Shown here: positions 1-11,404 of the stretch, in pieces | How positions within the stretch are numbered: position 1 is the stretch's first letter | Layout of the letters: the number at the start of each line of letters is the position of its first letter | Source of the DNA: Vicugna vicugna | Lineage: Eukaryota | Assembly: GCA_013265495.1 (NCBI GenBank) | Contig: MU057887.1 | Location: 259,985-323,984, forward strand | Length of the DNA: 64,000 nucleotides | Direction of reading: 5' to 3' | Program-made: the position numbers and the translations under genes | The notes under the pieces: generated by a model | What the model was told of the DNA's origin: nothing | Seen by the model: only the letters and a program-made list of their open reading frames with translations | Database searches by the model: none

Positions 1-1111
1 ATGAACACCCGGCCTCCGAGTTCTCCCTCGCCAGGTTCGCCGCCATCCCCTCCAGTCTCGTCCACGTCTCTCCCCGCAACGACATTCCCTCGGGGGAGGG
101 GGCTTCTGATCAGGCCGGGGCGGCCCGGAGTTGGAGGAGGAAGGGGACAGATCGGCCGCCCGGGCGGGGGCGGGGGCGGGCACTGGCCAAGTTTGGTGCT
201 GACGGCGGCGGCCGGCATTCCGAAGGAAGCGCGATCGATGGCCTGGGGGCTCGGCGGGGCGGGGGCGGGCCGGCGGGGCTGGCGGAGGGAGGGGAGAGGG
301 CAGCGGGGAGGGCGCCGGCGCCTCCGCCCCCGCCAGCCTCGGAGCCCCGAGAGCGCCATTGGCTGCGCCGCTCAAAGTTCTCGGCTCCGGGCGGCTCGGG
401 GAAGGGGAGGGAGTGCGAAAACCCCTACCGCTGAGCTCAGCGCAACTAAGTCACAATGGACAACTTTTCCTCGCCAAGGGTCCAGGAGGGGGTCTGCAGC
501 AGAGCCCCCCACCGCGAGAAGCTTCTCGCGTGTCCCAGTCTAAACCTGACGCCCAGAGACCAAAGTTGGGGCAAAACTGGGGGGTCCTTGGGGCGCCTTT
601 CTTTTGTTCCCCGGGAGCTGGCGTCAGGTTCCAAGAATAAAAGTGATGCTGGAGAAGTGGAGGGGAGGGGGGCCCGGAGGAACAATTCTTTAAATAAGAT
701 TTGCAACGGAACCCAGAAATCGCTTCCAAGTAGTTTGGTGTCCAGGCCCGAATTACCACTCCCTCTCCCCCCACCCTCATACCCGCGTGAAGCGGGGGAC
801 ACTGAGCCGGGTGAAATTTCCACATTCCAAAAACATGTCCACCAACTCAAAATGGACGCCGGGCTGCTCGCCGCCTTTTAAGTGCAGCTTCTCTCTTTCG
901 GCCACTGCGGGAACCGCGCTCTACCCCCTCGGCCTCCAAGAACCCGGCTCTTTCTTTCCAGAAAAGGTAACTTTGAGGACTGGAGAGACTCTTTCCGCAG
1001 TCTGGGCGCGCGACGCCAAGGCCAGCACTTTTTAGGGTGCTGCCAAAGTGCCCGGCGACCCCTCCTCCCCACCCCGGGCCGGGGGCGGGGGGCAGGCTCC
1101 AGCTCGCTTAC

Positions 1112-1177
1112 TTGTTTGTCGCTGAGCGCGGCGATCCGCGTCTGCCTCTCGTGAAGCTGTTTCTTGAGGTCGCCGTT
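1112..1177 (-). CDS. PHF21B: PHF21B coding exon 2, [22 protein letters not shown] (22 aa, coiled-coil-like)
   Basis: Acceptor gtgtttccgcAG|AAC, 66 nt, donor CAA|GTAAGC, in frame with exon 1. Matches remembered human [22 protein letters not shown]. Confidence 0.94.
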
Positions 1178-1346
1178 CTGCGGAAACACGGGGTAGCGGG
1201 CTCAGGCCGGCCGCCGCGGGGGTCAAGTTCGCCCGGAGCCCCACGGGCCGCAGCCCCCAGCCAGGGCCGCCGGCCGCGCGCCCCAAGTTCCCTGGGCCGC
1301 GTCCCGCACGCGCGGCGGCAGGGCAGTGCCGCGCGGGGCCGCTTAC

Positions 1347-1364
1347 CTGTGGCTGCCGCCTCAT
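1347..1364 (-). CDS. PHF21B: Candidate alternative first coding exon of PHF21B, MRRQPQ
   Basis: ATG AGG CGG CAG CCA CAG followed by a consensus donor CAG|GTAAGC, phase 0, 169 nt upstream of the exon 2 acceptor. Splicing gives MRRQPQ-NGDLKKQ in frame. The Kozak context is weak (ccgATGa). Confidence 0.68.
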
Positions 1365-2023
1365 CGGGGCAGCTCGCGGGGCGGGGCGGGGGCCGAGGCC
1401 ACCCGGCGGCGCGCCCCGAGCCGTGCAAGTTTGCAGGCCGGGGTGCGTGTGCGAGTGAGTGTGAGTGTGTGCCGGGGGAGGGGGGAGGAACAAAGAGCCA
1501 AGTAAACACGGCGAGTCCGTGTCGAGCAAAGCTCATAAATATTCAAGTCGCGTCCTAATCTCCCCAACACACACACGTACAAGCCGCAATACCGCTCGGG
1601 CTCCGGCCGCCACGCCGCTGCTCGCCCGAGCAACAATCGCCAAAACTACTTTTGCAAACTGTGCAGGATTGCACGGAGGGTGGGGGCTGGAGGGGGTCGG
1701 CGCACACACTCTCACACGCACCCCGGGCAGGCTCACGAAGGGGACCCTTCCCGGTACCCTCGCCCTGCAGACCCCGCTCGAGAAAGAGAAGATGCCGGGC
1801 TCGGGTCCCACGGGCCTCCAACCCCTCAAACTGTGCAGGATTGCAGGACAAGGCTACAGAGGGGACGCCCAGAGAGGGGTCCGTGCATGTACATACTCCC
1901 CTCACCTCTGAGGCAGGCTCAAGGAAGGGCCCTCCAGCCCTGCAGACCCTGCGACGAGGAGGAGGACACCGGGCTCCGGTGCCTGGAACCGCAACCCCGG
2001 GCCCCCAGCCCCCGACCTCCTAC

Positions 2024-2077
2024 CTGGTGGCGCGCGAGTTCCACGGAGAGCGCCTCGGGCCGGCTCTGCAGCTCCAT
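2024..2077 (-). CDS. PHF21B: PHF21B coding exon 1, MELQSRPEALSVELARHQ (18 aa)
   Basis: Minus-strand ATG at 2077-2075 in a strong context (gggATGg), 54 nt, ending CAG|GTAGGA (phase 0). Matches the remembered human PHF21B N-terminus MELQSRPEALAVELARHQ. Confidence 0.93.
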
Positions 2078-4347
2078 CCCTGCAACTTGGGCAGCACTTT
2101 GCGCTCACTTTGGCCCAGGCTCCCGGGAAGTTGCGCGGCTCCGCGGGGACGGGGGCGGCCGGGGCTGGACCAGGTCTCGGGGGAGGGGGGGACACGAGCC
2201 CCCTCCCTCAAGGCCGAAAGGGAGGGAGGGTCTGGTGAGGAGGTAAGAAAAGCAGCCGGGCTCCGCGGCGCCGAGCCCGCGGCCGCCCCAACTCCTCAGG
2301 CTGCCCGGCAAGTTGCGCCGGGTCCCGGGGCTGCCGGCGCGGCCCGGCGCATGGCCCCCCGGCGCCGGGAGCCCCGCGCAGCCCCGCGCGCTCCCGCTCC
2401 TCCGCCGCCCGCCGGCAGGGACTATATTTCCTCCGGCGCGCGCGCCTGGATCTCGCTGGGCCTCGGCAAAGTTAGCAGCGCCGCCCCGCCGCTGCCCGGC
2501 GCCCCGAGCGCAGAACAAAAGTGGTGGCGCGAAGGGGCGCAAACTCGCCGGCCCGCGGCTTGGGCCACCGCCCCGGGGCCGCTCGGGAGGGCGCTTCCCC
2601 TCTTCTCCGCCCCGGCGCCCAGCCAAACCGGAGGAAAACGGGACGCTCAGCCTAAGGCCGGGCTTGTAGATACTTTACGGTGGGAAGGGAAATGTCCACT
2701 TTTCCGTTTCTTTTCTCTGGCTTTCATCGATCCCTCTTTGCCCCTGCTCCCTCTTTCCTGCCTCCGTCCGCCTTCCTCTCCTACTTTATTTAAATTGTCT
2801 TCCACCCCGCATCCCCTGGCCGCTGTACACTAACGCTGCGACTTGGAAGATTAAATTAGTCGTGTCGCCAGATTCCCCCACCGCCTGATGGCCACCGTGT
2901 TGTTTAAACAGTATGAAAATTGATCTCTTGACTGTTCCTTTAATGGCTTTTTTTTTACACTCACAATTAAACTCTCAACAGATGTCACTGGACTTTTTAA
3001 GGCTGTTGTTAAAAATCGTAAACATGCCCGGTCAATGGGATATAAAACAATTACAACTACAGCTGCGGAGATCGCATTTCAAAACTCCCAGCCCCACAGC
3101 CAGGAGGTTAATGTTCTGGAGTCGATATTACGCTCGTGGAGTTATCATCCTCATCCATTAACGTCGGAATGCTCTGTGCGGTATTGGTCGCATCCTAGTA
3201 CATCTGAGGGATGCTGGGGAGAAATGGTGCAATCTACTCAAAGTACACGTTAAACGTTTAAACTGATCAATCATTATAACTTCATATTCCTCTGCAGCAC
3301 AAAAAATACCCAGGCACACAGGCAACCAATGCCCCTTTCAGCATATGCCAACATGCTGCCTTTTCTTCTACTGGCAGCAGAAGTTGCTGGAATTTTTTTT
3401 TCAGGTTGGGACCCCAATGTTGTTCTGGCCTCCGAATCAGCATTTGCCACCAGTGACTTTATGTGTGTGTCTCTTTGGCCCCCCCAAACCCTAGAGGCCT
3501 CTCCCTGGCACCAGCACCTTGCCTGTAGGAAGCACTCAGTGAGGAATCCCTGGTTACTTTGTGAGCTTTGTTAAAAACTCACAAAACTAACATGCCCTAA
3601 GTGCCTGTCTAGCACCAGCCAGAAAGAAGCAGGGCTCACCAAATGCAAAACGAAAAGGCTGACTCTAGCTCCTTCCACTCTAGGCTTGCCCCAGTTTAGG
3701 ATGGTGTCCCCACTACCTAGTGCTTTTGCTGGCCTGGACACTAGCCCGGTAAAGTGGACTGCAGGTAAAGTGGGCTGCCTAGGGACCAGTGTTCCCAGAG
3801 CCAGAGGGAGCATGCAAGTGAGAGGGTTCCTGTTTGTAATCTGTAGATTTCACTGGCCTCTGAGTAAAATTTCATAATAATTTCATTGTCCATGTATGTA
3901 ATTTAATCAATGGAGAGGATATTCGGGTTGTCTGTGACCTGCAGAATCAGGCAGATGCTGACTGGTGGATAGCAGCTGTTGAGATGTTTAAGTACCTTTT
4001 GCAAGTTTCTGTCATTTAATTAAGTTACAGTGGTGATCATTTACATGCCCCTCTGTCGTTTTCAAAGTTAACTAAATCCTGAGCAAGCAAGAAAGGCCAT
4101 GGGCTGGCTGCTCTTTGATAGTGAGGAAACTGGTTATGTGAAGGAAAAAAACTTACGAGGAGTCCTGTGCTGCTGCCTAAACGCGTCCCGCACAGCAGAC
4201 CACCCTCCCTTTGCCCATGCCAGGCCCTCGGTCTGGAATGCCCTTTCCCCCGTAACCCACCTTTTAAAACCCTCTTCATCCTCCGAGATTCACTTCAAAT
4301 GCCACATTTTCTAGGAACTTCCTCTAATTTCTACACATAAATTCTTT

Positions 4348-5594
4348 GTTTTAAATTGAAGTATAGTTGATTTACAATGTTGTGTTAGTTTCAGGTGTAC
4401 AGCAAAGTGATACACATATATACATACATATATATATATATATATATTCTCTTTCAGATTCTTTTTCATTATATCACAAGATATTGAATACAGTTCCCTG
4501 TGCTATACAATAAGACCTTGTTGTTTACCTATCTTCTATATAGTAGTTTGTATCTGTTAATCCCAAACTTCTATTTTATCCCTACCCTCCCTTTCCTCTT
4601 TGGTTACTAAAAGTTTGTTTTCTATGTCTGAGTCTGTTCCTGTTTCATAAATAAGTTCCTTTGTATCATTTTTTTTAAGATTCCACATCTAAGTGATACC
4701 ATATGATATTTGTCTCTGTCTGACTTCACTTAGTATGATGATCTCTAGGAGCATCGATGTTGCTGCAAATGGCACTATTTTATTCTTTTTTATGGCTGAG
4801 TAGTATTTCATTGTGTGTATGTATGTATGTATATATATATATACACCATGTATTCTTTATCCAGTCATCTGTCGATGGACATTTGGGTTGCTTCCATGTC
4901 TTGGTTATTGTAAATTGTGCTGCTATGAACATTGGGGTGCATGTACCTTTTCAAATTAGAGTTTTCTCAAGATATATGCCCAGGAGTGGGATTGCTGAAT
5001 CATATGCTCTATTGTTAGTTGTTATGTTGCAGAAAAATGTGTTACAGCTCAGTTGTGACAGCAACCTGGATCTGGGCGAGAGACCAAGCAGCACTCAGAG
5101 AGTTGGAGAACTCAGGTTTACTACACCAGCAGGCCTAGAGGAGTTAACATTCCAAGCTCTGGAGTCCTCCTGTAGGTTTACACAGGCTTTTATAGGCTGC
5201 CAGTTTATACTTTGCAACATCATATGCAAATAAGGTATAACAAAAGTTGACTAATTAGGAACAAGCTTTGTAGAAATGGACCAATCAGGAGTAAGAGAAA
5301 TAACCAATCAAGAGTGAGGAAAATGGACCAATCAGGAGGGAGAGAAATAACCAATCAGGAGTGAGGGAAATGGACCAATCAGGAGTGAGCTCCATTTTCC
5401 TAGAAGTTAGCCGTTTCAGAGGCAAAAAGTGAGATAAAGCAACTGGGCCAGGGAACTGGATGGTGCTGGCTGGAGAATAGTGGCCCTGCCTTGGGGTACT
5501 GCTGGGTTTTTTTTATGGGGCTTCCCACCTCACTTTAAGGAACCTGAATACTGTTTTCCATAGTGGCCACACCAATTTACATTCCTACCAACAG
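4348..5594 (-). mobile_element. 5'-truncated L1 (3' UTR and ORF2 end), interrupted by a solo LTR
   Basis: L1 3'-end hallmarks on the reverse strand (aattgaagtatagttgatttacaatgttgtg, gctatgaacattggggtgcatg). 18-bp TSD tctacacataaattcttt (4330-4347) / tctacacatcaattcttt (5595-5612). Flanks look L2-like. Confidence 0.9.
5025..5532 (-). mobile_element. ERV solo LTR inserted in the L1
   Basis: TG...CA termini. It splits the contiguous L1 sequence (...ctattgttagttgtta | ctttaaggaacc...). Minus-strand order is CCAAT array, TATAAAA (5194-5188), AGTAAA (5122-5117), as for U3-R-U5. The TSD is degenerate. Confidence 0.82.
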
Positions 5595-5949
5595 TCTACA
5601 CATCAATTCTTTACTCCTCCCTCTGGAGACTCACCATGAAGAGCTTACTTAGCACCTGGGGCATTCTGTCCCATAATACAGGGACTTGTTTGCTTCCCTG
5701 TTGGAGCCTGAGCTGATTCTGAGTCTGGGTTGTGGGCAGAGTACAGTAGATGGATGTTGAAGGAAGGCATGGGGTGCCTGGAGCCAAGTAGGTACTTAGC
5801 AATGAATGAGTGAGTGAAGGGATGGATGAATGAATGAATGCTAAAAGTGGAAAACAACCCACTATCTAAAAGGTACGCTATTAATAATGGCCACAGAAAG
5901 GAGCAGTGTCTGCAATTAATTCCAGCGTCCACATTTCTCTTTACTTGCA

Positions 5950-6095
5950 CTGTGGTTAAGTGGACAGGAGGCCTGGACTGGAGCTTGGATATCTGGGTTT
6001 GAGACTTGGGTCCACCCTTTAACAGCCTCGAATCTTAGGAAAGTTATTCAACACCTCCTAGCTTCTGTTTCTTCAGATGTAAAATGGAAATTATC
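5950..6095. mobile_element. MIR fragment
   Basis: MIR core-like ...ggaaagttattcaacacctcctagcttctgtttcttcagatgtaaaatgg. Confidence 0.65.
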
Positions 6096-7444
6096 CAGCC
6101 AACCATGGTTACCCTTGGAGCCACTCAGCTCCTCTGACCTTGGCTACTTGCTCAGTGGAGAGGCCCAGTTGCAGGCCCCCTGGCTTAACTGGCCTGGAAG
6201 TGAGGGCCAGCCTAGAGCACAGCCTCCTTCACATGCCTGCCACGAGGTGGGGGGAGGGCAGGGGCTGCAGTGGCTCCAGGACCACGTCCAACCCTCTGGG
6301 CCCAAGGGGGTCCCAGGTGCTCCTGCCTCTTCTGGCTTCTGAGTGAAGCTCTGCACCTCGAGCACAGATCCGGCCTACCCAGTGGCTGACCAAGGGGTTG
6401 AGTAACACAACGAAGTCCAGGAGAGTGAGTTACTTCATCAAATGAACTTGGACCAACTAGAAACAGGATTCAGGAAGGAGCCAGCAAATCAACATGGCTC
6501 CGTTCTCCATTGATTGGAATGTTCTGGGGCCCAGTGGGCCCACTGGATGGCCTATAAAACATCCCACATATCCCAGCAAACGGCCACCTTCCATGGGGTG
6601 CGGCAGATAGCTGGGAGATCCATCGCTTGGTTTTGCTCTCCTTCCTTTTCCCTCAGTCTTGTTGCCCTGGGACTGGACTTTCCATTAGTGTTACTGTTGT
6701 GGGCACCATTTGAGAGCCTTCCCCCCGTCCTCTCTAGAAGGCATCCTTTATTTCATTTGATCCCCTGAAGGTGAGTACAGTTACCCCCATCTTACAGATA
6801 AGAGCACTGAGGCTCAAAGAGGTTCAGAAACTTTCACAGGCTGCAGGTGGTGTATCCACACATGGGACGGAGCCTGGTACCATCCCGTTTATGCCTGTCA
6901 CCCTGAGTGACATTTAATAGTTCCCTGTTTGACTCTCAGATGCATCCCAGCCTGGATGGTGAGTTGCATGGTGAGCCAGCTGAGGGATGGAGACAGAACT
7001 CACCCTCCAGGCTTCACGACTTCAGAGCGTGCTGTCCTCCCAGTGCCCCACCTTGTCTTACCTGGCACAGTGCCCCTCAGTCTAGAGCAGTGGCTGGAGG
7101 TCGGGAATGGCGCCGTCTAGAGCCTGGGACGCCGGTGCAGAAGACTTGGCTTCCACCAGGGTCGAGTAGGGCCAGCATCACAGACTGTCACTCTGCTTCC
7201 TGCAAAATGGGTGGCCAGGTCCCATCCAGTCACTTGCCCTCCAGCTCAGAGGCTGCACGGCATACCTGGGACACACCTGCCGGCCACTGGCAGGCTCAGG
7301 CCCATAGCCCCCCTGCCCCCACACATCTCCTTGGATGGGCAACTGTGTCAGCATGCCTGAATCTGAGCTCCCTGGCCCCAGAGGGCAGCAGCCCATTCAT
7401 CATTCCTGGAGTCATTCTCTCCTCTCTCAGGCCCCCATCACATG

Positions 7445-7828
7445 CACTTCGTGTAATTAGTGAGGACAGAGTCGCACTGGGTCAGGGCGGGCCCTAAACC
7501 CAATATGACTGGTGTCCTTACAAGAAGGGGAGAGGACACACACACACAAGCACACACATACACACACACACACATGTGCACACACAGAATGCCGTGTGAC
7601 GACAGAGGGGGACTTCAGATACTGTAAGGGGCACCAACGATGTCAGAACCACCAGAAACTGGGAGGAGGCCCGGAAAAGACGCGCTCCCAGAGGGAGCAG
7701 CCTGCTGACACCTTGATGTGGGGCCGCTGGCCTCCAGGCTGTGAAAAGAGGAAAGCATTTCCACAGTTTTAAGCAACCCGTCCCCAGTCTGTGGTGCTTT
7801 GTTATGGCGGCCCCAGGAAACCCACACC
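7445..7828 (+). mobile_element. MLT1 (MaLR) LTR, MLT1B/C-like, with internal (CA)n
   Basis: ccctaaacccaatatgactggtgtccttacaagaag ... gctgacaccttgat ... ctttgttatggcggccccaggaaac. Confidence 0.8.
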
Positions 7829-8559
7829 CCACACAGGGCTCCAGCCCTCTGCTCCCATGACCAGGCACGGGCTCCCACTGCCCCGCAGCGCTGCACGTTA
7901 CCCTCGGTCCCGCGTCCCCTCCTAAGCAGCGAACATGGAGCCTGGTGAGCGCCCGGCACGGGGCCAGGTGTCTCCTGATCCACAGAGACCAGAATCTCGG
8001 GTTTTAGTAAAGTCATGTGACACATGTACCTAACACCCTTGACATCTCCAGCGGGGTCAGACACCTCGGTATCTCCACGGCCAGGCGCATGAATCCCCAC
8101 GACAAGTGGGACGAGAGCAGCGAACTGTCCCGTCAGGTCGGGGGTGGGGGTTGCTGCCAAGAAAGTGTGAGCATCAATCTGCCAGGGAGGAAACGCAGGT
8201 CGTCTGGGACTTAGCACCATGCCTGCGGGACCGCGCGCACAGAAGGCACGCCTGAAGCTCGCTGATTTCCCTTGTCAGCCCCCCGCTGAGTCCACCTACA
8301 TGGCGGCTCCTCAGGCCTGGGAGAGCAGGAATGATGATCATCTCGCAACGAGTGAGGGAACTGAGGAACAGAGGAGCTCAAGACCTGTGTCCATCACAGC
8401 CCCGTCCCCACACCTTGGACCCTCCCTAATGCACCAGAGGGAGGGTCGTCCACCCTTCCTCCTGGCACCAAGCAGAGCCCACTTGCCATGCAGCATCCAG
8501 GGCCTCTGCCCTGAGCACAAATGTTTGTAATTTTTTTCCCCTAAAAGTGCTGTTTAAAA

Positions 8560-8810
8560 AAAAACAGGAAAAGGTGGGGCTGGTTCCTTCTGAGAGCTCT
8601 GGGAGAGACTGTTCCAGGACTCTCCCCTGGCTTCTGGGGTTTGCTGGCCATCTTGGGTGTTCACTGACTTGTGGACACGCCACCCCAGTTCCTCCGTCTT
8701 CACAGGCCTTCTCCCTGCATGCCTGCCTCCACATCTCCCCTGCGTAAGCACACGCAGTCACGTGGGATGAGCGCCTTCCCTGATGACACCCTTTTCACCT
8801 GGTAACCTCG
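8560..8810 (-). mobile_element. MLT1 (MaLR) LTR fragment
   Basis: gggctggttccttctgagagctctgggagagactgttccagg ... gcttctggggtttgctggccatcttgg, the reverse of the MLT1 body. Confidence 0.7.
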
Positions 8811-11404
8811 ATAAAAGCCCACCCGGGGTGAATCCAGCCCCCGCCAGGAGCTGAGCCTCGGCCCCACCTAAGGGTGTGTTTGTCCTAAAGCTTCTGTTAC
8901 TAAGCCCCATCCTCAGCAGTGCCTTCACACCCACAGCATCAGAGACTCTACGTCAGCTGCTCAGCTCTCCGTGCAGGAGGAGTCAGGGTGCTGCACGCAG
9001 CACACGAGGCAGGGTGCCGCTTATGAGGAGGAAGCGCACACACCGGGGATAGGCCCTTGTTCTCGCTCCCCTTTGCGCCTGGAAGTCCCAGCGAGCCCGG
9101 GAGTGGAATCAGTGCTCTGGCTTTCCCTCTCAGGTTTGGTGAAGTTTTTACCCAGCAGCGCCTCTGACCCTGGAACCTTCCTGCAGAGCAATAGTGAACG
9201 GAAGTTTTCACTCGTCTGAGCCCGAGCCCGGTTCCTCTCTCCGTGGACAAGGCCGAAGTGCGTCCAGGGGAGTAGTTACTGGGGAACAGAGGGAGAGAAA
9301 GCTCTTTTGCTCCACATGTCAGGTGTCGTGCTAGAAGCTATGGGACACTGGTACCTTCGAGGGGTCCCAGTCTTACAGGGACAGCAAGTCTCAGCCCACC
9401 ACCTCCCAAGAGGGATCAGGACAGATGCGGGCAGGAGGTATAAAGGGGGCAGGGCGCACTGAGGAGGGAGCCCCGTTCCCTGCTGGCGGCCTTCATACTC
9501 CATCATCTCACTGACCCCTACAGCACCTGGGGCGGGAGCTGCCTTGGGGAAACTGAGGCTCAAGGCTGTTAGGTTACTTGTAAGTCACCTAGATGTCAGT
9601 GAGGACTGAGATCCTGGAGAGCTCATTGCTTTCAACTTGCAGCTGTGGGGCAGGGTCTTGCGGGGCACGGGGCCCTGTGGGTGCCCGAGTGCACAGGTGG
9701 GTGTGGACACAGTTGTGCCGGGAGAGGAGAAGGGAGGTGGCCCAGCTTGGATTTAAGCCAGAAGCTGGCCCTGAGCTAGGATTCAAGCGAAGGAGTTTAG
9801 CTGGGAGATGATCCCGGGGTGTGACCCCAGGAAGTGCCTGCGGGGTGTGGGGAGGGAGTCCAAGCGAGGTGACTTAGGCAGCAGGTTACTGCGCTGGGCC
9901 AAGGGCTCCCAGCTGCTGTACTCAAGGGGAGGGAGCTGGGGCACTTCTCCCCCAGCTCCCTGCCCACCACTGGTCAGGGCTGCCTCCAGGGTCATTCCCT
10001 CTGGCCGATTCCGAACCCACAAGGCCATGCCTGCTCCTGGGACTGGAGCGTCACAGGTTCTCACAGGAGCTACACAGTGCATGGGAGGGGCAGGGCAGGG
10101 CAGCTTCTGTCCCCTCTGGAGAGGACTGGAGACATGCCAGGGACAGAGGCAGAGGCCAGATGCTTCCCAAAGCAGTTGGGATGGTCGGCAGGTGACGGGG
10201 GGCCATTGACACTTAAACTGCCATGACAGTGTCTGCAGAATCCAGATGCGGAGGTATCTGGGGCAGGGCGACGGGTTAGGATGCTGCCCTGGGTGGAGAG
10301 GCAGATGGGTTGAGGAGCTGGAGGGGAGTTAGAGCTGAGGCCACCCAGGTGGGACTGCTAGGCCAGACGGGGGCTCCAAAATACCCCTGAGTGTCTGGCC
10401 CGCGAGCCACGTGGACAGGGATCACGCTCTGAGAGACAGGTCTGCAGCGGCTGCAGCTGAGGGAAGGGCATCTGGCTGGATCCCAGACAGGCAGCTGCAG
10501 GTTTGCTCTGAGCAGCAAGAGAAGAGCTCAGTGACTCTCCGCTGTCCCTGCTGTGCTGCCCCACCTCTGCCCCGGACTTTGGCCTCCTTGGGGGCTGGTG
10601 ATGGGGCTCCATGATGTCCCTCTGGGGTCCTGTGCTTCTGTTCTCAGTGGGAAAGGAGCTGGGCAGCCCAGCTGGCTGATGTCAGGGGGTTTTGAAGTCT
10701 GGCTGTCATCCATTGGCCAAGTGATGAAATGAAATAAGCTATTTGCTCTGCGTCTCCGTCTGTCCACCTCTAAAGTGGGGATTATCCACTTGGCAGACAC
10801 ACCAGTGGGAGCATAAAGCCAGTGAATGGAGCGCCTCCCTCTTGGCAACGCTGCTAAGTGAGCTGTGCAGTGGGTGCTGGGATAGGCCAGGGCCGGGGGT
10901 GCAGTGGGGTGAGGGGAACCTGGCCCCCAGGACTGCTAGTGCTGGGTTCAGCTGGGTCCCCAAAGTGCAGATGGCACCCCTGCGAGGAAGCCACCTGGAG
11001 GAGGCTGTGGCATCAGAGGCCAGAAGATGGGCCTTGAAGGTTTGGGGCAAGGACCTGCCGGTAACTGGCAGTCACTCGGCTACCACTGGATGGAGGGGTT
11101 TCGGCCCCCGACCCGGGAGGCTGGGACCATTGTCCAGGATGGGGTGAAGCAGGGGCCCCATGGGGTGCGAAGGTGTAAGTGGCACAGGTTGACAGGCGAG
11201 GCGGGGGGAGTGAGGGCGTCCAGGGCAGCCTCAGGTTTCTGAGCAGAATTGTATGAGTGTGGAAGGGGGGGTTGGGGTGCTGGGGTGTTAAGGCCCTGCC
11301 CTCCCCAAGGCTTCTCCGGGGGACACTTTGTGGGCCAGGGTCCCGTGCAGGGGCAGGCAGGGGGAGGTAAGGCTTGTCATCAGCCCCTCCTTCAGCTTCC
11401 CTCC

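Larger units (their letters stand above)
1..2900. promoter_or_regulatory. PHF21B: CpG island / PHF21B promoter region (continues left of the window)
   Basis: Very GC-rich with abundant undepleted CpG (CGCG, GGCGGC), GC boxes (e.g. 162-180) and ATTGG at 358-362. It surrounds the first coding exons; the right boundary is approximate. Confidence 0.93.

Noticed and set aside
2240..2248. Plus-strand donor GAG|GTAAGA suggesting an antisense lncRNA
   Set aside because: A single splice-like motif with no partner exon or expression evidence.
1652..2833. 393-aa plus-strand ORF and the other long ORFs in the CpG island
   Set aside because: Low-complexity Arg/Gly/Pro/Ala translations, expected where stop codons are rare in GC-rich DNA. 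They are antisense to the PHF21B exons and show no recognisable domain.
7445..8810. Oppositely oriented MLT1 pair as a dsRNA hairpin or proviral pair
   Set aside because: The copies are highly diverged, and opposite orientation excludes a provirus.
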